Source of the DNA: Podarcis melisellensis
Taxonomy: Eukaryota
DNA length: 64,000 nucleotides
Direction: 5' to 3' (one strand)
Assembly: GCA_964234715.1 (NCBI GenBank)
Contig: OZ174276.1
Part shown: positions 34,801 to 46,500 of the stretch, one piece after another
How positions within the stretch are numbered: the stretch's first letter is position 1
Layout of the letters: each line of letters starts with the position of its first letter
Notes under the pieces: generated by a model
What the model was told of the DNA's origin: nothing
What the model saw: the letters and a program-made list of their open reading frames with translations, nothing else
The model's database searches: none
Made by a program: the position numbers and the translations under genes

Positions 34801-37800
34801 CCTTCACCAGAGAGCACTGTGAACTGCACTGCCACTTTCATAAATCTATGTCAAGGGATTAGATCCTGCACTGGGCAGGTTGTTGGCCTAGATGACCTTT
34901 ATGGTACCTTGCAACTTAAAAACTATCATCTCTCTGTGATTTGCAGGTCATGTTGGAGCACCTTTGCCCTGTAATTTAATCAAGCTGGTGGATGTTGAAG
35001 AACTAAATTACTTTTCTTCTAAAGGAGAAGGAGAGGTAACATGCACTCTTCCTGAACTCTTTGCTGTCTCACTTGTAGTTTAAAAAAGCCAATGAACCAT
35101 TTTCCAGAGACAAGATCTGTCACTCCTTTACAGGAGATAGGAGGGTGCAAAGATATATATATATTTATTGAGGACATGACCAACAAGCTCAGGTGCAGGA
35201 AGAGGTTGCTCTGGTGCTCAGAAAGGCAAGCGAGCAAGTCGGGCATTGGCTCTCATTCTTTCATTTCAGTACTGATGATCCAAACTTCATGTAGGGTAAT
35301 AGCAAGAATTCCTGGAACTGACAGGAGCTGGGAAGGGACAAGGTTCATGACATAACTCCTTAGAAGCCTAGTTTAGGATGAACAGCTAAAGGAAAATAGG
35401 CACAATGAAATATACACAGCATCCTTGGAGTAAGATAGTGGCAGTGGAGTTAGACATTCATCTTGTCTTGCTGGCCAGGATTAGTATTGTGGTGAGGCTG
35501 CTTTCTGATTACTGTGGACTATTATTTTGGATTTGCCTTGAAGGAATGCAGGAGCACAGTTTGGTTTTGAACAAAAAACGGTTCATCATTAAAAGATGGT
35601 TTCTTGGTTCTCTCTGGAATAATTTTTTTTGGGGGGGGGGGACAAAGAAGAGTGGCACCTGAAAGTCCAGCAAATAAGTTATAGCGCAAACTTTCATAGT
35701 CTTAGGGCATAAGTTATTGCGGACTATGAAAGCTTATACCATGAGGCATTTCTTAAGTCTTCTACAAGACTCTTTCTGCTGCAACAGTCTGATATGGCAA
35801 CACACATTTCACACCCAGCTGACGATGGTGTAAGCAAAATATGTGCATTTGAGAAAGAAACAGAAGAGCAACTGGAGTTTTGGAGACAGAGAAAGCTTGG
35901 AGCTGTAAGCTAACAGCAGCTGAGGAGGAAGAAAGGTGTCTTTCTCTGGCAATCTGGTGTGGGAGCAGTGGACTGGCTTTGTTGAATGTTAAGCTGTCTG
36001 CCTCCACCTATGCTTGACTTGCATATATTTATTTAATACATAATTTTATTTTGCAAACTGCAGTACAGTAAACAACAACAACAAAGCAAAAGGTTGCAGA
36101 TTTCTCATGCATTATTGTTACAGGATATAATTGGGGGGATAAGAATTAAATAATAATAATTAAAACAACTATCTGATATAGCCTCTCCAAAATACAGCAC
36201 AGGTAGCTGGATAAATTTGTAAATAAACCCAAATATTACAAAACATCCTAAATTGCAAACGATGCTTCTATCCTGCCTGTTGTGCATCTAACAGTATGTT
36301 GTGTTGGCTCAGGCTGGTCTTTACTCAGATAGAACAGAAAACCTTCACTCAGGAAGCATTACACATGTTCCAGTCTACTCATTGTTGGCACAGAGTCCTC
36401 ATAGGCAAACAGCTGTGCTTCTAGAACTCACAGGTCCAGCTTCCTGAAAGTCTCCCACCTTGTGTCAGTGGTGCCAACTGTATATTTGTGTGATTGGCCC
36501 TCCCCTCCCCAGAAAAGGGTTATGCCAGTATTCAGTGGCATGTGATTATAAAATAAGAGTTCCTTGTGTGGCTCAGTCTAACCCATAGGCTGAGGTTCTT
36601 GAAGACTTTTTGCCTATATATTCATCATTTGTGTGAAGTTATAACAATTGGCCTAAGTCTCTCTTTTTAAGTCTACCTTGCAGTGTACCAGCAAATCTAT
36701 CTCTTGCAGATTTGTGTGAAAGGTCCAAACGTTTTCAAGGGCTACCTGAAAGATAGAGAGAAAACCACGGAAGCTTTAGACAAGGATGGATGGCTTCATA
36801 CTGGGGATGTCGGGAAGTGGTTGCACGTATGTACTGAAATGCAAACTTTGCACACTAAGATTGCAGGTTTACAAGCCCCTCTGACCAAAGGAATAAGTGA
36901 ATTAGACATTGATGTGTACGTCAGATCATGAGTATAGTGGTGGATAAATATTACTACTGTGTGATGTGAGTATATGCCAGACCCACATCAGGGTTCAGCT
37001 CCAACATGGTTCCCTTCAGATTCCAACCCTCCCCTGGCCTTATTTTATGGGTTTATAGGCTACCTCATAGCAATTGTCACAACTTACTGGTGGATAAGGA
37101 ATTGGGTTGGGAAGTCTATGTGGGTGGGATGGAGGCTCCTCCCCTGCTCCATGGTCACAGGGTATCCCCTTAATGGGAGCCTGGGGGAAGTACTTCTTGT
37201 TCTGATACCTAGCTTGGGAGCTAATGGGCTACAGCACCCCAAATGGTGATTTTGGGGTTTGCCTGGATATGATACATACTGTGATATGTTTCTGTCCCTG
37301 TGGGGTGACCCATAACCTTGATCAACCCTGCCAGTCATCCACCAGCAGTTGGGCTGGTTGAGTTCAGGATACCCACTCAATGCCTACCCAAAACCTGCTG
37401 ACGCCTATAGTTGTAGCCTGTTTAAATCCCAACATAGCTGTTCTTTGTGTTGTTGTCATTATACCTAACAGCCTCCCCGCCCGTGGCTCTACTATACCTG
37501 GGTCTGCCACTTTCTGTTAGGTTTCATAGATATTTGACCTTAGCTTCTTTGGCCAGTCTGAGAAATTTGAAATCTGTTTGAATTCTGCTGCTCAAAAGGG
37601 ACCCAGTAGACTGGAGCTGAGTTACAGGCAAGGCGATCTCACTTTTCCCTAGCTCTATGTGATTACTTGCTGCTGCATAAGCGAGTCCCCACTTGCAGAC
37701 TTCCCTTCGGCATCTGATTGGCCCCTATGGGAGATAGGATGCTGGACTGAATTGGCCTTAGGCCTGATCCAGCAGACAGACTCTTCTTACATTCTTATGT

Positions 37801-40800
37801 TATTTTTTACTCACAGAATGGTACACTTAAAATAATTGATCGAAAAAAGCATATATTTAAACTGGCTCAGGGAGAATACATTGCACCAGAGAAAATTGAG
37901 AATATCTACATTCGCAGCGAGCCTGTTGCCCAGATATATGTGCATGGAGATAGTTTACAGGTAACGCTATCCATTTTCTAAACATTCCTTGAAATTTGGT
38001 CATGCCTTTTATACCATTTTGTTTTGTTTCCTGGGTTGGGGGGGTTGCGTTTAGGAACAGGCAAGGTGTCATGTTTATTCCGTTTAATAATGTTCAAAAT
38101 GGATACAAGATGTTGGTGTCTGTTACCTGCTGAGCAGGTAAGTTCAGCAGCTAGATACATACAGTAGTTTAATGAGAGGAGCACAGCATTTGCTCACTGA
38201 TGTCCCAGGCACGAGGCATTCTAGGACATGTAGCAAACTTTCTGGCGTAGTGGTCATTGATTGACCTGCATACTCTATAAAGTCTGTATAGATCAATAGG
38301 GAAACAACTGCATAAGCAGAGTCAAGCAACACACCCCACATGCAGATTTTGTAACATTTGGGGCCAGCCTCCTGATGGAACTAGAAGAGCTGAAGGACTA
38401 TGGAGGAGAAGTGGGAGTAACCTTACTGCAGAACTATTTACTGTATATGGAAGCCATTATCAAAAGTTAAGAGAACAGAGCTCTGCTCTGAACCTACACA
38501 CACACACAGAGTGCTCTGACTCTTGTGATAAGCAGAAGCTGCTGTATCATTGTTTGAGGAATGGGGGCAAAGGGCAAAGAACTTGACAAGCACTCTTATA
38601 TAGAAAGCACAGATAAGAGGGCACAGCAAAATTCAAGGGATCAAGAAGGGTTTGCTGTGTCACAAATACAGTCCCCAATTTTATCTGTATCGTTGCAGGC
38701 CTTCCTGGTGGGGATTGTTGCACCTGATGCTGAAATCATGCCAGCCTGGGCCAAGAAAAGAGGCTTTGATGGAACTTTTGCAGAGCTCTGTAAAAATGCG
38801 GTAAATTGCTTATGCACATGCTCCTGTGCAATTCAGTGCCAATTTGGGCTGTGTGTGCACAGACAAACATAGATTATAATTCTAATTGGTAGATCAGAAT
38901 TTGCCAGTGCACTGAAAGAGCCTTATGGCGAATGATGCAATATGATAAGCTGAAAGGCCAACTTCAATGTTACATTAAAAGCAGCCTTCCATATCCTGTT
39001 GCCCCCAAGATGTTTTGGACTCCCAACTCCCAGCAGCTCTAGCCAGCAAGGCCAATGGTCAGGGATGATGGGAACTGTAATCCAGAATATCAGGAGAGCA
39101 CCAAGATGGGAATGGCTGAATTAAAACAGTTCAGCTAATGTGTTTGGATCTGACTGTGACCTTTTCTTTAGGAAAAAAGCAGCTATAGGGGGCTCTGAAC
39201 TGGATCAGATCCACAGCACGGAAGGAGGGAGCTTAACTATGCCCTGTTTTCCTGCTAATAATAATGCCCCCAAAGGACATATTTACTGCTTTGGATAGTT
39301 TTCAAGAAAAGGGAAGAGGTGTTTTAATCCTGGTCAGGATCCCCCACAGCTTCTTATCATAAAGAAAGGCACAGCCAAGTCCAAAGCACAGTAGTTAAAA
39401 CTGCTTTTGACATAATGTGTAATTCTGGCTCTAAGTAGCTAGGTGATTACTGTGTTAAGAGACTGGGACATCTGTTAGAAAGATTCCATTAGATAAGCAA
39501 AGCTCTGTCCTATAACAGGAGCTAGTATAACATCTTGGGTTTTTTCCACTTTCTTTATCAGTACTGTTCCATTGCTACAAGATGACATCTATTTTTTTGC
39601 ACAGTGAGATATGCTTTTGTTTCATTTTGTTTTTTGGAGGCTTGGAATGTCTGAGCCAGCGCCAAATCATGTGATTTCTCTGCTGTTGCCTAGACTAGAT
39701 AAAGATTGCAGTAATGTTCCAGAAAGAAGACAGCAAAGCTACTAAAGAGCAGGTTTTATTTCTTCTATGGGTGTTCCAGCACATTTACCTTTGGTGGAAG
39801 CCATAAGCAAAGGACCATAGTTCAGTGGTGGACATATGTACTACCTGAAAAAAGGGGTCAAGATTCTCAACACTCCCTGGATGTTCCAGGAATTGAAAGA
39901 GCCCATGTCTGAAACCCTATAGAACTTCTATGAGTCAGTGTAGGCTATCCTGAACTAGATAGACAAATAGCCCAACTCATTATAAAGCAGTTCCTACGCT
40001 CCTATGTATTTGAATAATTAATTAATTCCCCACTCCTGTGTGACAAAGCCAGGTGGGCTACTACCACTTGAGTAAGGGGATGGAAATATGTAGAGCAGCT
40101 AGGAGTCAGCAGTAGCAAAAGTAAATCCTGGCAACATTCTTGGGATGTTCAAGAAATAAGGCTGTAATCCTATCCCTGCTTACCTGGGAGTAAGTTCCAT
40201 TGAACTCAGTAGAACTTACTTCTGAGTAGATGCCTACGCTATAATCCAGCGACTTGGTTATTAGAACACTAAGGAAGTAGACTGTAAGCACTTTCTCTTT
40301 AGATTGCCAGCTGATCAAGGCTGGGAACTGGTCTCTGTGCAAAATGCAATTCATATTGACAGCATTAGATAAATAACATTGAAAATGGCATCAGTGTAAG
40401 GTATAGGGAATGTTTTCTGTGGAATGGAATGGAATCTACTATTTTTGAACTGGCATTATAAGATACAGTTTCAGTCACTGAACTCCTTTGTACTTTAATT
40501 TTAAATGCAAAGAGGAAAGTGAGAGCTCTGAGCTCTGAGAACAAGTTCCAATACAACATGCCAGAATAAGAATTTAAGTCTTTCCCCTGCAAACATATGT
40601 TCATGCTTGGGAAATTTAAATCAAAGAGGTATTTCAGACACTTCTGCATGAAGACTACAGGACCAGAATTCCTTAAGGATGGGCAATGTTTTTCAAGCTG
40701 AGAGCCACATAACCTTCTGATCAATCTTGCAAGGGCCAAAATGGGTGGAGTAACAAATGTAATTTTTACCTTTTGTACAATAGGCTATTTTGTACTAACA

Positions 40801-41673
40801 CTCAAGCACCCTGCCTCTATCCTCCCCATAACAGAGTTCAAAGACACATTCCAGATGGGCGTATTTGGAGTGCAAAGCTTGGCATGTGAAGGGTATGACC
40901 TGAGGAGAATTTCAATGGCCAAAGAGGTCTGGGGGGCGGGGGACGACGACACACAATTCATCCCTCTGCCTGATATTTCCCATCCTTGTCCTACATAGTA
41001 TAATCACATTTCATCCTCTGTTTCTTTGAAAAGTTAATTGTCAATAAAGAGCCAAATAAATAATTATTTAAATATTGGAACATTATTTGAACAGGACTTC
41101 CTGGCTGTAAATGTTCTCATATGTAACAGGACTTCCTGGCTGTAAATGTTCTCATATGTTCTTACTTAGGAGCTCAAAAAAGCAATAATGGAAGATATGG
41201 TGCAGTTAGGGAAAGAGAGTGGACTTCATTCGTTTGAACAGGTAAATACTAAATACTGATGATAGCTTTTGATTACTAGATGCAGATGAGCTGCTTCTTT
41301 GTGATTGAATAGCAGGAATTTTAGCATGCATTATGTAAAAGCCCCAATGCCTCGCTTATGCTTTGTGGTTCAGTACTCAAATGTGTGTTTTTCTATGAAA
41401 TAAAACTATCCTTGTCTGTTTATGAATGCATGAAAGGTAATGTTAAAGAAGGTCTCTCTATGATAGATAACATGATAAAATATTTGAAACACCATTCCAT
41501 TCAAGCCAGAGCAGTATTGGAAAGTCAGCTTAATTACCATTCTTGTAGCTGACCTGGAAAATACAGCTGTTCTGTTTGTCCCCCATCCATGGACTAATCT
41601 CCTCCTGACGTAGGTATTTTTGTGGCAGACCTACAAACCTTCAATAAGGGAAGTTCAAAAATGGACATAATGT

Positions 41674-41754
<81 letters not shown>

Positions 41755-43560
41755 ATCTTTTAAGAAGTGTGATCTAAAACAAGGTCATGTTGTGATTCTA
41801 TTATTTTTAAAAACACAAATGTAACAGCTGTAACATTCGTATAATGACATAAATTTCTAAGCGTGCCTGCATTTGTGCACTAGATTTGGCAACAGCATAA
41901 TAAATGCACTTGCAGTGTCATAATGCATACACTAAACAAGAATAGAGACTATAGAAACTAATTCCACATAAAGCTTTCCTGCTTTTTCAAAAACTGGTCT
42001 ATAAAAAAATGTTGAGAACTGACTGTCTCTTAAAATTGCTTTTTTCTCCCATGCTGTAAACCTCCCTGTGATGAAATATACTAATCTATCAATTCATCTA
42101 ATATAATCCTTGGGGGGTATGGGGGGCACATATGCCTGTGTTCTCTGCAGCATTTCAGCACTGTGTAGTGAGGTGGGCGGGGGGAACCCTCCTAAATGAA
42201 TTCTTAAAATCACAAGCAGGAAACATGGGTACAAAGAAGATATTAAGGGCAAAGCCTTTCCCTCTATAGTCACTGCCAGCTGCTTGGGTAATGATTTTGG
42301 GTGTTCTTAGCTCAGGGAGGCAACAAAGAATCAAAAATATGCAAGTTGCGTTGTACCCAGTACTTCTTATAATGAGCTCCTGACACTTTAATGAACAAAT
42401 GCACATTTAAACATCATAGTTTCCTATGAGGTCTATATTCAGGATTAACACATGATTTAACACTGCTTTCTGCAACATAGAAGATGGATGGCTAATGTGT
42501 TACTCTTTAATTGTAAAAATGCAAATAAAACATAAATGATCCTTAAGTTGCTTCCAGAATTAATGCTTAGCACCAACACATTTTTAACAGCAGCAGCAAA
42601 GATTTTGCCAACATGAAACTTTGAAGTGTGCACTGCAGTTCATTTTCAGTGCTAAAGGTAGTCAAGTGTTTTTAAAGTTAAAATTTAATTTTCCCTAGCG
42701 CCAGTTATTTCTGCAGAAGGTGGAGAGAACTCAGCATGTCCTCATTGTGTCTCAATCCTAGAATCAAGCCTTTTAAGATTGTTTTTGATGCAGAAATGTA
42801 TTTTTAAAAGTCTGTTGATAAAATATACCTTGTGTCTGCCATTAAATGCCAAGTGATAACAGCAACAGCCAAATTTAGAATTTCTGTTCCAATGTCTCTG
42901 GGAGATATATACTAAAGCAACAGGGACAGAACCTCATCCATGCAGCAAGCTACCTCATTCTCAAATAAGCATGCGCAGGATTGCACACTAAATTTGTTCA
43001 CCTTTCAATAACAAGCCACGCAAATAAAAAGCAACAAAACTTCTAAATATCTAAATAGTCTGGGTTGTATTAAGGAGCCAGATAAACAAAAATACAGAGT
43101 GACTGCTTACTATAATTTATGCTGTAAAAGTCACATGCTTTGCCCTATAGGGGGGACCTTTTGTTCAAAAAGCCAGTGTATTGGGCAAAGCTAGGGACAT
43201 TATTGATGAATTGCTGCAACTAAAAGGCCGAATTTAAAAGTAGGCAGGTGTTAGCACTGAGCTATTACATCCTACATAGGAGTGGGTGTGCAGAATAATA
43301 CTTGGCAGAGTGACCAATGTGATATGTCTGGAACACAGCTATCAAATCAGCCGTTTCCTTTTATTCAACGTTAAAGTATATTTTTATAAACATGTTGACT
43401 TGTTTTCCCCCCCTCATAGGTTAAAGCTGTTTACATCTACCCCGAAATGTTCTCTGTACAAAATGGTTTGTTGACACCTACGTTAAAAGCTAGGAGACCG
43501 GAGCTGAGAGAATTTTTCAAGAAACAGATAGAAGAGCTTTATTCAAGCATCTCCATCTGA
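10911..43560 (+). CDS. ACSL6: Long-chain-fatty-acid--CoA ligase 6, spliced CDS: join(10911-11105,14523-14637,15571-15635,17453-17554,17651-17750,19324-19502,20079-20111,21122-21173,22963-23036,[25945-26022 OR 26086-26163],28099-28233,30329-30463,32610-32705,33752-33824,34947-35035,36710-36826,37817-37960,38699-38800,41170-41241,43420-43560); 2097 nt, 698 aa plus stop
   Basis: All introns GT-AG with consistent phases. Translation has the AMP-binding P-loop [19 protein letters not shown] and the FACS motif [26 protein letters not shown] and the gate pair KVIFPRQDD / SQWSPTFED are diagnostic of ACSL6 rather than ACSL1 or ACSL5 (recalled sequences). Confidence 0.97.
11800..12240 (-). mobile_element. 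L2/CR1-clade LINE reverse transcriptase fragment
   Basis: [16 protein letters not shown]...[16 protein letters not shown] resembles the RT motif QSGFRPGHSTETAL...LDLSAAFDTVDH. Confidence 0.8.
14523..14637 (+). CDS. ACSL6: ACSL6 exon 3
   Basis: ctgtag|GGC...TCTG|gtaagt; [38 protein letters not shown]. Confidence 0.95.
15571..15635 (+). CDS. ACSL6: ACSL6 exon 4
   Basis: ctttag|AAAAT...GAG|gtgagg; [22 protein letters not shown]. Confidence 0.95.
15797..16252 (-). mobile_element. Solo LTR (Gypsy-like)
   Basis: TG...CA termini, flanks TCTGG/TCTAG (5-bp target-site duplication with one mismatch), AATAAA on the minus strand near 15867, CpG-rich. Confidence 0.65.
16399..16424. repeat. (TG)n microsatellite
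   Basis: Direct reading. Confidence 0.95.
16716..17062 (+). mobile_element. Sauria SINE, near full length
   Basis: Same head, B box and body as 4134-4494. Confidence 0.9.
17209..17300 (+). mobile_element. 5'-truncated Sauria SINE
   Basis: gatgagtgccgcaacccc...gactggacctaatggtcaggggtccc duplicates about 16976-17055. Confidence 0.8.
17453..17554 (+). CDS. ACSL6: ACSL6 exon 5
   Basis: tttcag|GTT...GAG|gtgagc; [34 protein letters not shown]. Confidence 0.95.
17651..17750 (+). CDS. ACSL6: ACSL6 exon 6
   Basis: ttccag|TGG...ACAG|gtaaaa; [33 protein letters not shown]; follows a 96-nt intron. Confidence 0.95.
19324..19502 (+). CDS. ACSL6: ACSL6 exon 7
   Basis: gtttag|CTGAT...GAG|gtaagg; [14 protein letters not shown]...QAMQEVE. 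Confidence 0.95.
20079..20111 (+). CDS. ACSL6: ACSL6 exon 8 (33 nt)
   Basis: tttcag|GAC...GTA|gtgagt; [11 protein letters not shown]. Confidence 0.92.
20776..21055 (-). mobile_element. LTR-like fragment
   Basis: GC-rich insert with caggaac/caggg repeats and a minus-strand TATA-like ttttat; boundaries unclear. Confidence 0.35.
21122..21173 (+). CDS. ACSL6: ACSL6 exon 9 (first half of P-loop)
   Basis: ttctag|CCT...ACAG|gtaaac; [17 protein letters not shown]. Confidence 0.95.
22963..23036 (+). CDS. ACSL6: ACSL6 exon 10
   Basis: ctccag|GTAAC...GAG|gtgaat; [25 protein letters not shown]. Confidence 0.96.
25945..26022 (+). CDS. ACSL6: ACSL6 exon 11, F-gate variant (mutually exclusive)
   Basis: ctgcag|AAA...CAG|gtaaga; 78 nt; [26 protein letters not shown]. 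Confidence 0.95.
26086..26163 (+). CDS. ACSL6: ACSL6 exon 11, Y-gate variant (mutually exclusive)
   Basis: ttccag|AGT...CAG|gtaagg; 78 nt; [26 protein letters not shown]. Confidence 0.95.
26544..26679. mobile_element. Palindromic hAT MITE with perfect 8-bp target-site duplication; older copies near 19880, 22725, 38985, 45348, 48385, 50140, 53235, 61082 and 62846
   Basis: CAGGCATAGGCAAACT...AGTTTGCCTATGCCTG; GCCTGAGG at 26536-26543 and 26680-26687. Confidence 0.92.
28099..28233 (+). CDS. ACSL6: ACSL6 exon 12
   Basis: tcacag|TCC...AAG|gtaagc; [20 protein letters not shown]...RLLNRMYDK. Confidence 0.96.
30329..30463 (+). CDS. ACSL6: ACSL6 exon 13
   Basis: tcttag|ATC...CAG|gtaagg; [22 protein letters not shown]...LFFNKIQ. 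Confidence 0.96.
31767..31804. repeat. (TG)n microsatellite
   Basis: Direct reading. Confidence 0.95.
31801..32430 (-). mobile_element. LTR-like or DIRS-like repeat; related element at about 36975-37510 on +
   Basis: Minus strand AATAAAGTTGTGGCCTGTTTTATCC vs ATAGTTGTAGCCTGTTTAAATCC near 37407; both end TGCCAC. Confidence 0.45.
32610..32705 (+). CDS. ACSL6: ACSL6 exon 14
   Basis: caacag|GCA...CAG|gtatgt; [32 protein letters not shown]. Confidence 0.96.
33752..33824 (+). CDS. ACSL6: ACSL6 exon 15
   Basis: tgacag|GTA...TCAG|gtaata; [24 protein letters not shown]. Confidence 0.96.
34947..35035 (+). CDS. ACSL6: ACSL6 exon 16
   Basis: ttgcag|GTCAT...GAG|gtaaca; [30 protein letters not shown]. 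Confidence 0.96.
36710..36826 (+). CDS. ACSL6: ACSL6 exon 17
   Basis: ttgcag|ATT...CAC|gtatgt; [15 protein letters not shown]...[14 protein letters not shown]. Confidence 0.95.
37817..37960 (+). CDS. ACSL6: ACSL6 exon 18
   Basis: tcacag|AAT...CAG|gtaacg; [48 protein letters not shown]. Confidence 0.96.
38699..38800 (+). CDS. ACSL6: ACSL6 exon 19
   Basis: ttgcag|GCC...GCG|gtaaat; [34 protein letters not shown]. Confidence 0.95.
41090..41159. repeat. Perfect 35-bp tandem duplication
   Basis: AACAGGACTTCCTGGCTGTAAATGTTCTCATATGT at 41090-41124 and 41125-41159. Confidence 0.95.
41170..41241 (+). CDS. ACSL6: ACSL6 exon 20
   Basis: acttag|GAG...CAG|gtaaat; [24 protein letters not shown]. Confidence 0.95.
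41681..41754. repeat. Compound (CT)n(CA)n microsatellite
   Basis: Direct reading. Confidence 0.95.
43420..43560 (+). CDS. ACSL6: ACSL6 last coding exon, TGA at 43558-43560
   Basis: tcatag|GTT...; [46 protein letters not shown]. Confidence 0.96.
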   Translation, partial: VKAVYIYPEMFSVQNGLLTPTLKARRPELREFFKKQIEELYSSISI

Positions 43561-46500
43561 CACCAGGGGAAAATTCTTCAGAATAATGGACTCTGTAGCA
43601 ACATTAGGATAATACTGAAACGTGAAAAGGGCGCAGTTGAAACGAATAAGCATCTGACCTTCCACGCAAGCCTTCTGTTGTCGGAAGACACCATCACTGA
43701 GTAATTCTTTTACCATCTAGTTCTAGTTCCTCTTGTTGTAATGGATGCTTTTGAAGATTGCTTAAAAACATATTGGACAACCGTTAAGCTACTTTCAATC
43801 CCACTCCTTCTGAAAGCATTTTACAGACACCTTTGTTATTAATACCTGCAAAACATAAACAAAGATCCCTTAGCAAACAGGAAAGAAAGATTAGACCTGC
43901 CCATTTTGTATGACACTCCTCTAAGCTCCTGGATGATTCAATAATGTGATAGGGTTTCCAGATGTCTCTCTGTATGGGTACCATTAAGAACTCTTTAGAA
44001 GCAAGCAGTTCCCAGGTTGCACATCATGCACACACCTTCCTTAGCATGGTACGGCACCTTCCTTCGTGTGGTGTAGCTTCACCCTTGGCTGCTACTGCGT
44101 GCATATGTGGCCAAGAACTCCTCACTGCAACTGAGCTCTTAAAAGTACCAGGGTCCCACTCAGCGAGATATCTGACAAAGACTAGTGGTCTACCTCAATG
44201 TTCTTGGATGCTCAAAGCCAGAAATAAATCTGTTACCCTGATGTAGAACTTAAAACTGGAATTGTTTAATCGTTCTTTAAGTGGTAGCACTTATGCTTTC
44301 CCTGCAAGACATAAATTGAATTCACCTTGTGCGAGCCATTCACGAAAAGAACAGAAGGGAGGAAGAGTCTGGATTTCATATGTATGGAAGTAGGAAGAGC
44401 TTTGGATTTCATGCCTACTTAATACAATGTAGTGGCACATGCTGGGTGAATGCTAACCTGTAATTGCCAGAAATGTCAGAAATGTTACAGGCCCTGGATT
44501 TTTTTGTATTTCTTGTGTCTTGGATGTTTCTGAAATTAGCAAGGGATCTCTGTGGGCTGCTCCTTTTAAAGAACTGACTGCCTTGTGTTGTGGCAGCTAC
44601 CTGACAGCAACTTGCAAAACAGAAGGGTAGTTGGTATAAACATGCTGCATAATTTTGCAGCTTCCACTCCCCACCACCCCAGTGGATTCCAAATAGAATA
44701 GGATTTTGAGTCAGAACTTTCCCTTTGCAGCACTTTATAGCGGTGCACTTCAGGAGAACTGAGCTGGCTTTAAATAATTTAAAGAGGATGCAGAGTCTTA
44801 ACAAACAGCTTTTTGGCCACATCATCTGACTTTAAAGCAGCTTCTTCCAGCTTCTTCTTCCACCAGGCTAGCTTCTACTCCAAGTCCCCACCTCTTATTC
44901 TCATGCATTCCGATAGCAAGCACTTCTAAGCTAATAGCAGTAAAGGCTTCACTCCCTTGACAATGGCCTTGAGAGGGATTCACTTGACTGAATAATAAAA
45001 ATAAATGTAGAAAAAGAGCCTGTTCCCATATTTTTTTAGGCCAACACCTTAGAAATTTGCCTAAACAAATAAATGTCTCAGTGGAGAAACTAACGCTTGC
45101 TCTGGAGAACCTGCACAAGCCTTCTTATGATGCCCAGGAATTGCAAGTAGATCAGGGATGAGAACAAGCCAGGTGGTGCTGGACACCCAATGCCCCATCC
45201 ACCAGCACATCCAGTAGTCAGAGCTGATAGGACTTGCTGAAGTTCCCTCTCTCTTATGCAACTACTAAAGGTGCAGGGGCCATGTCCCCTTCTGCATCTG
45301 ACTACTTTAAATATAGTTTTCTGCTCTGAAGTAGTCATTTGATTCAAGGGTTGGGGAACCTGCAGCTGGGCTAAAACTCCATTCACACCTGACAGCTGAC
45401 CATGCTGGGTGAGGCTGATGGGACTCAGGAGTTCAACACCATCTGGAGGGCAACAGGTTCCCTACCCTGGCATAGTTAGTACTAGTACCTGCATACAGGA
45501 GGACACAAGAAGATCTCTGCTGGATCAAACCTAAACCCAGTCTACTCCACCATTCTGTTTCTACAGTGGCCTGCCAGGTGTTCATGGGAATCCTGCAACA
45601 TGAGTGTAGCAACACCATTCCTACTTGCATTCCTAACACTGGCGGTAGATCATAGCTATCAATATTAGTAGCCATTGAAAGCTTTACCCTCCATAAATTT
45701 GTCTCTCTTTTAAAGCCATCCAAGCTGGTGGCCATCAATATCTTGCGGTAGTGAATTCCACAATTTAACTATGCACAAAAATAGCATTTCCTGAAACTTC
45801 CAACATTCAACTTCATCGAAGTTCTATATATACTTTCTGCACATCATGCATAATTTCATACACCTCTGTTATGGATGCATGTTTGCCTTTTCCCCAAACT
45901 AGAAAGCCCTAAATATTGGGATCTTTCCTTATAAGAGAGTGTATTGTATTGTTTTGGTTGGTCCTTCCTGCACAACTATTCCTCATTGGTGGCTGTGGCA
46001 CGGTTAGGTGAATGTCTGAGTTCAAATGCCATAGCTATATGAACACAGCCATAGAACCAAATCCAGTGCTAACAGATTACACGGCTTTCTTGAAACTGTC
46101 TCCCCAGACGTAGTCCAGATTTTCTAAAGTTCTCAACACACAGCACCTAGCATGGAGAAAGAAGCTTGTGACCATATTAATACAGGAGCTGCTTCTGATG
46201 TAGATCAGCATGAGTGGAAAAGCTGAAAGGTGGTGAATAGGATGGCAAGGTTCAAAAGAAGGCTTTCTGTATAGAAGAGGGAATTTTAGCATCTGCAGTC
46301 TGCATGACACCTGCTGAATTTCCCCATATATATCACTATTCAAGGAGCGGTAACTTGTCTTTTTTGCACCTGGAGCTCCCTAATGTTACTTTTTCCATGA
46401 GGAAACCTGGGAGGTTTTAGGACATCTGAACTATCCATGAGACATCAAGAAGTCTTGGGCTTGTTTGAGTTGAAGTAGACCTACTATCTCCATATCATCT

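Noticed and set aside
36684-36709. Second cttgcag acceptor 26 nt upstream of exon 17
   Set aside because: Out of frame, with no evidence of use
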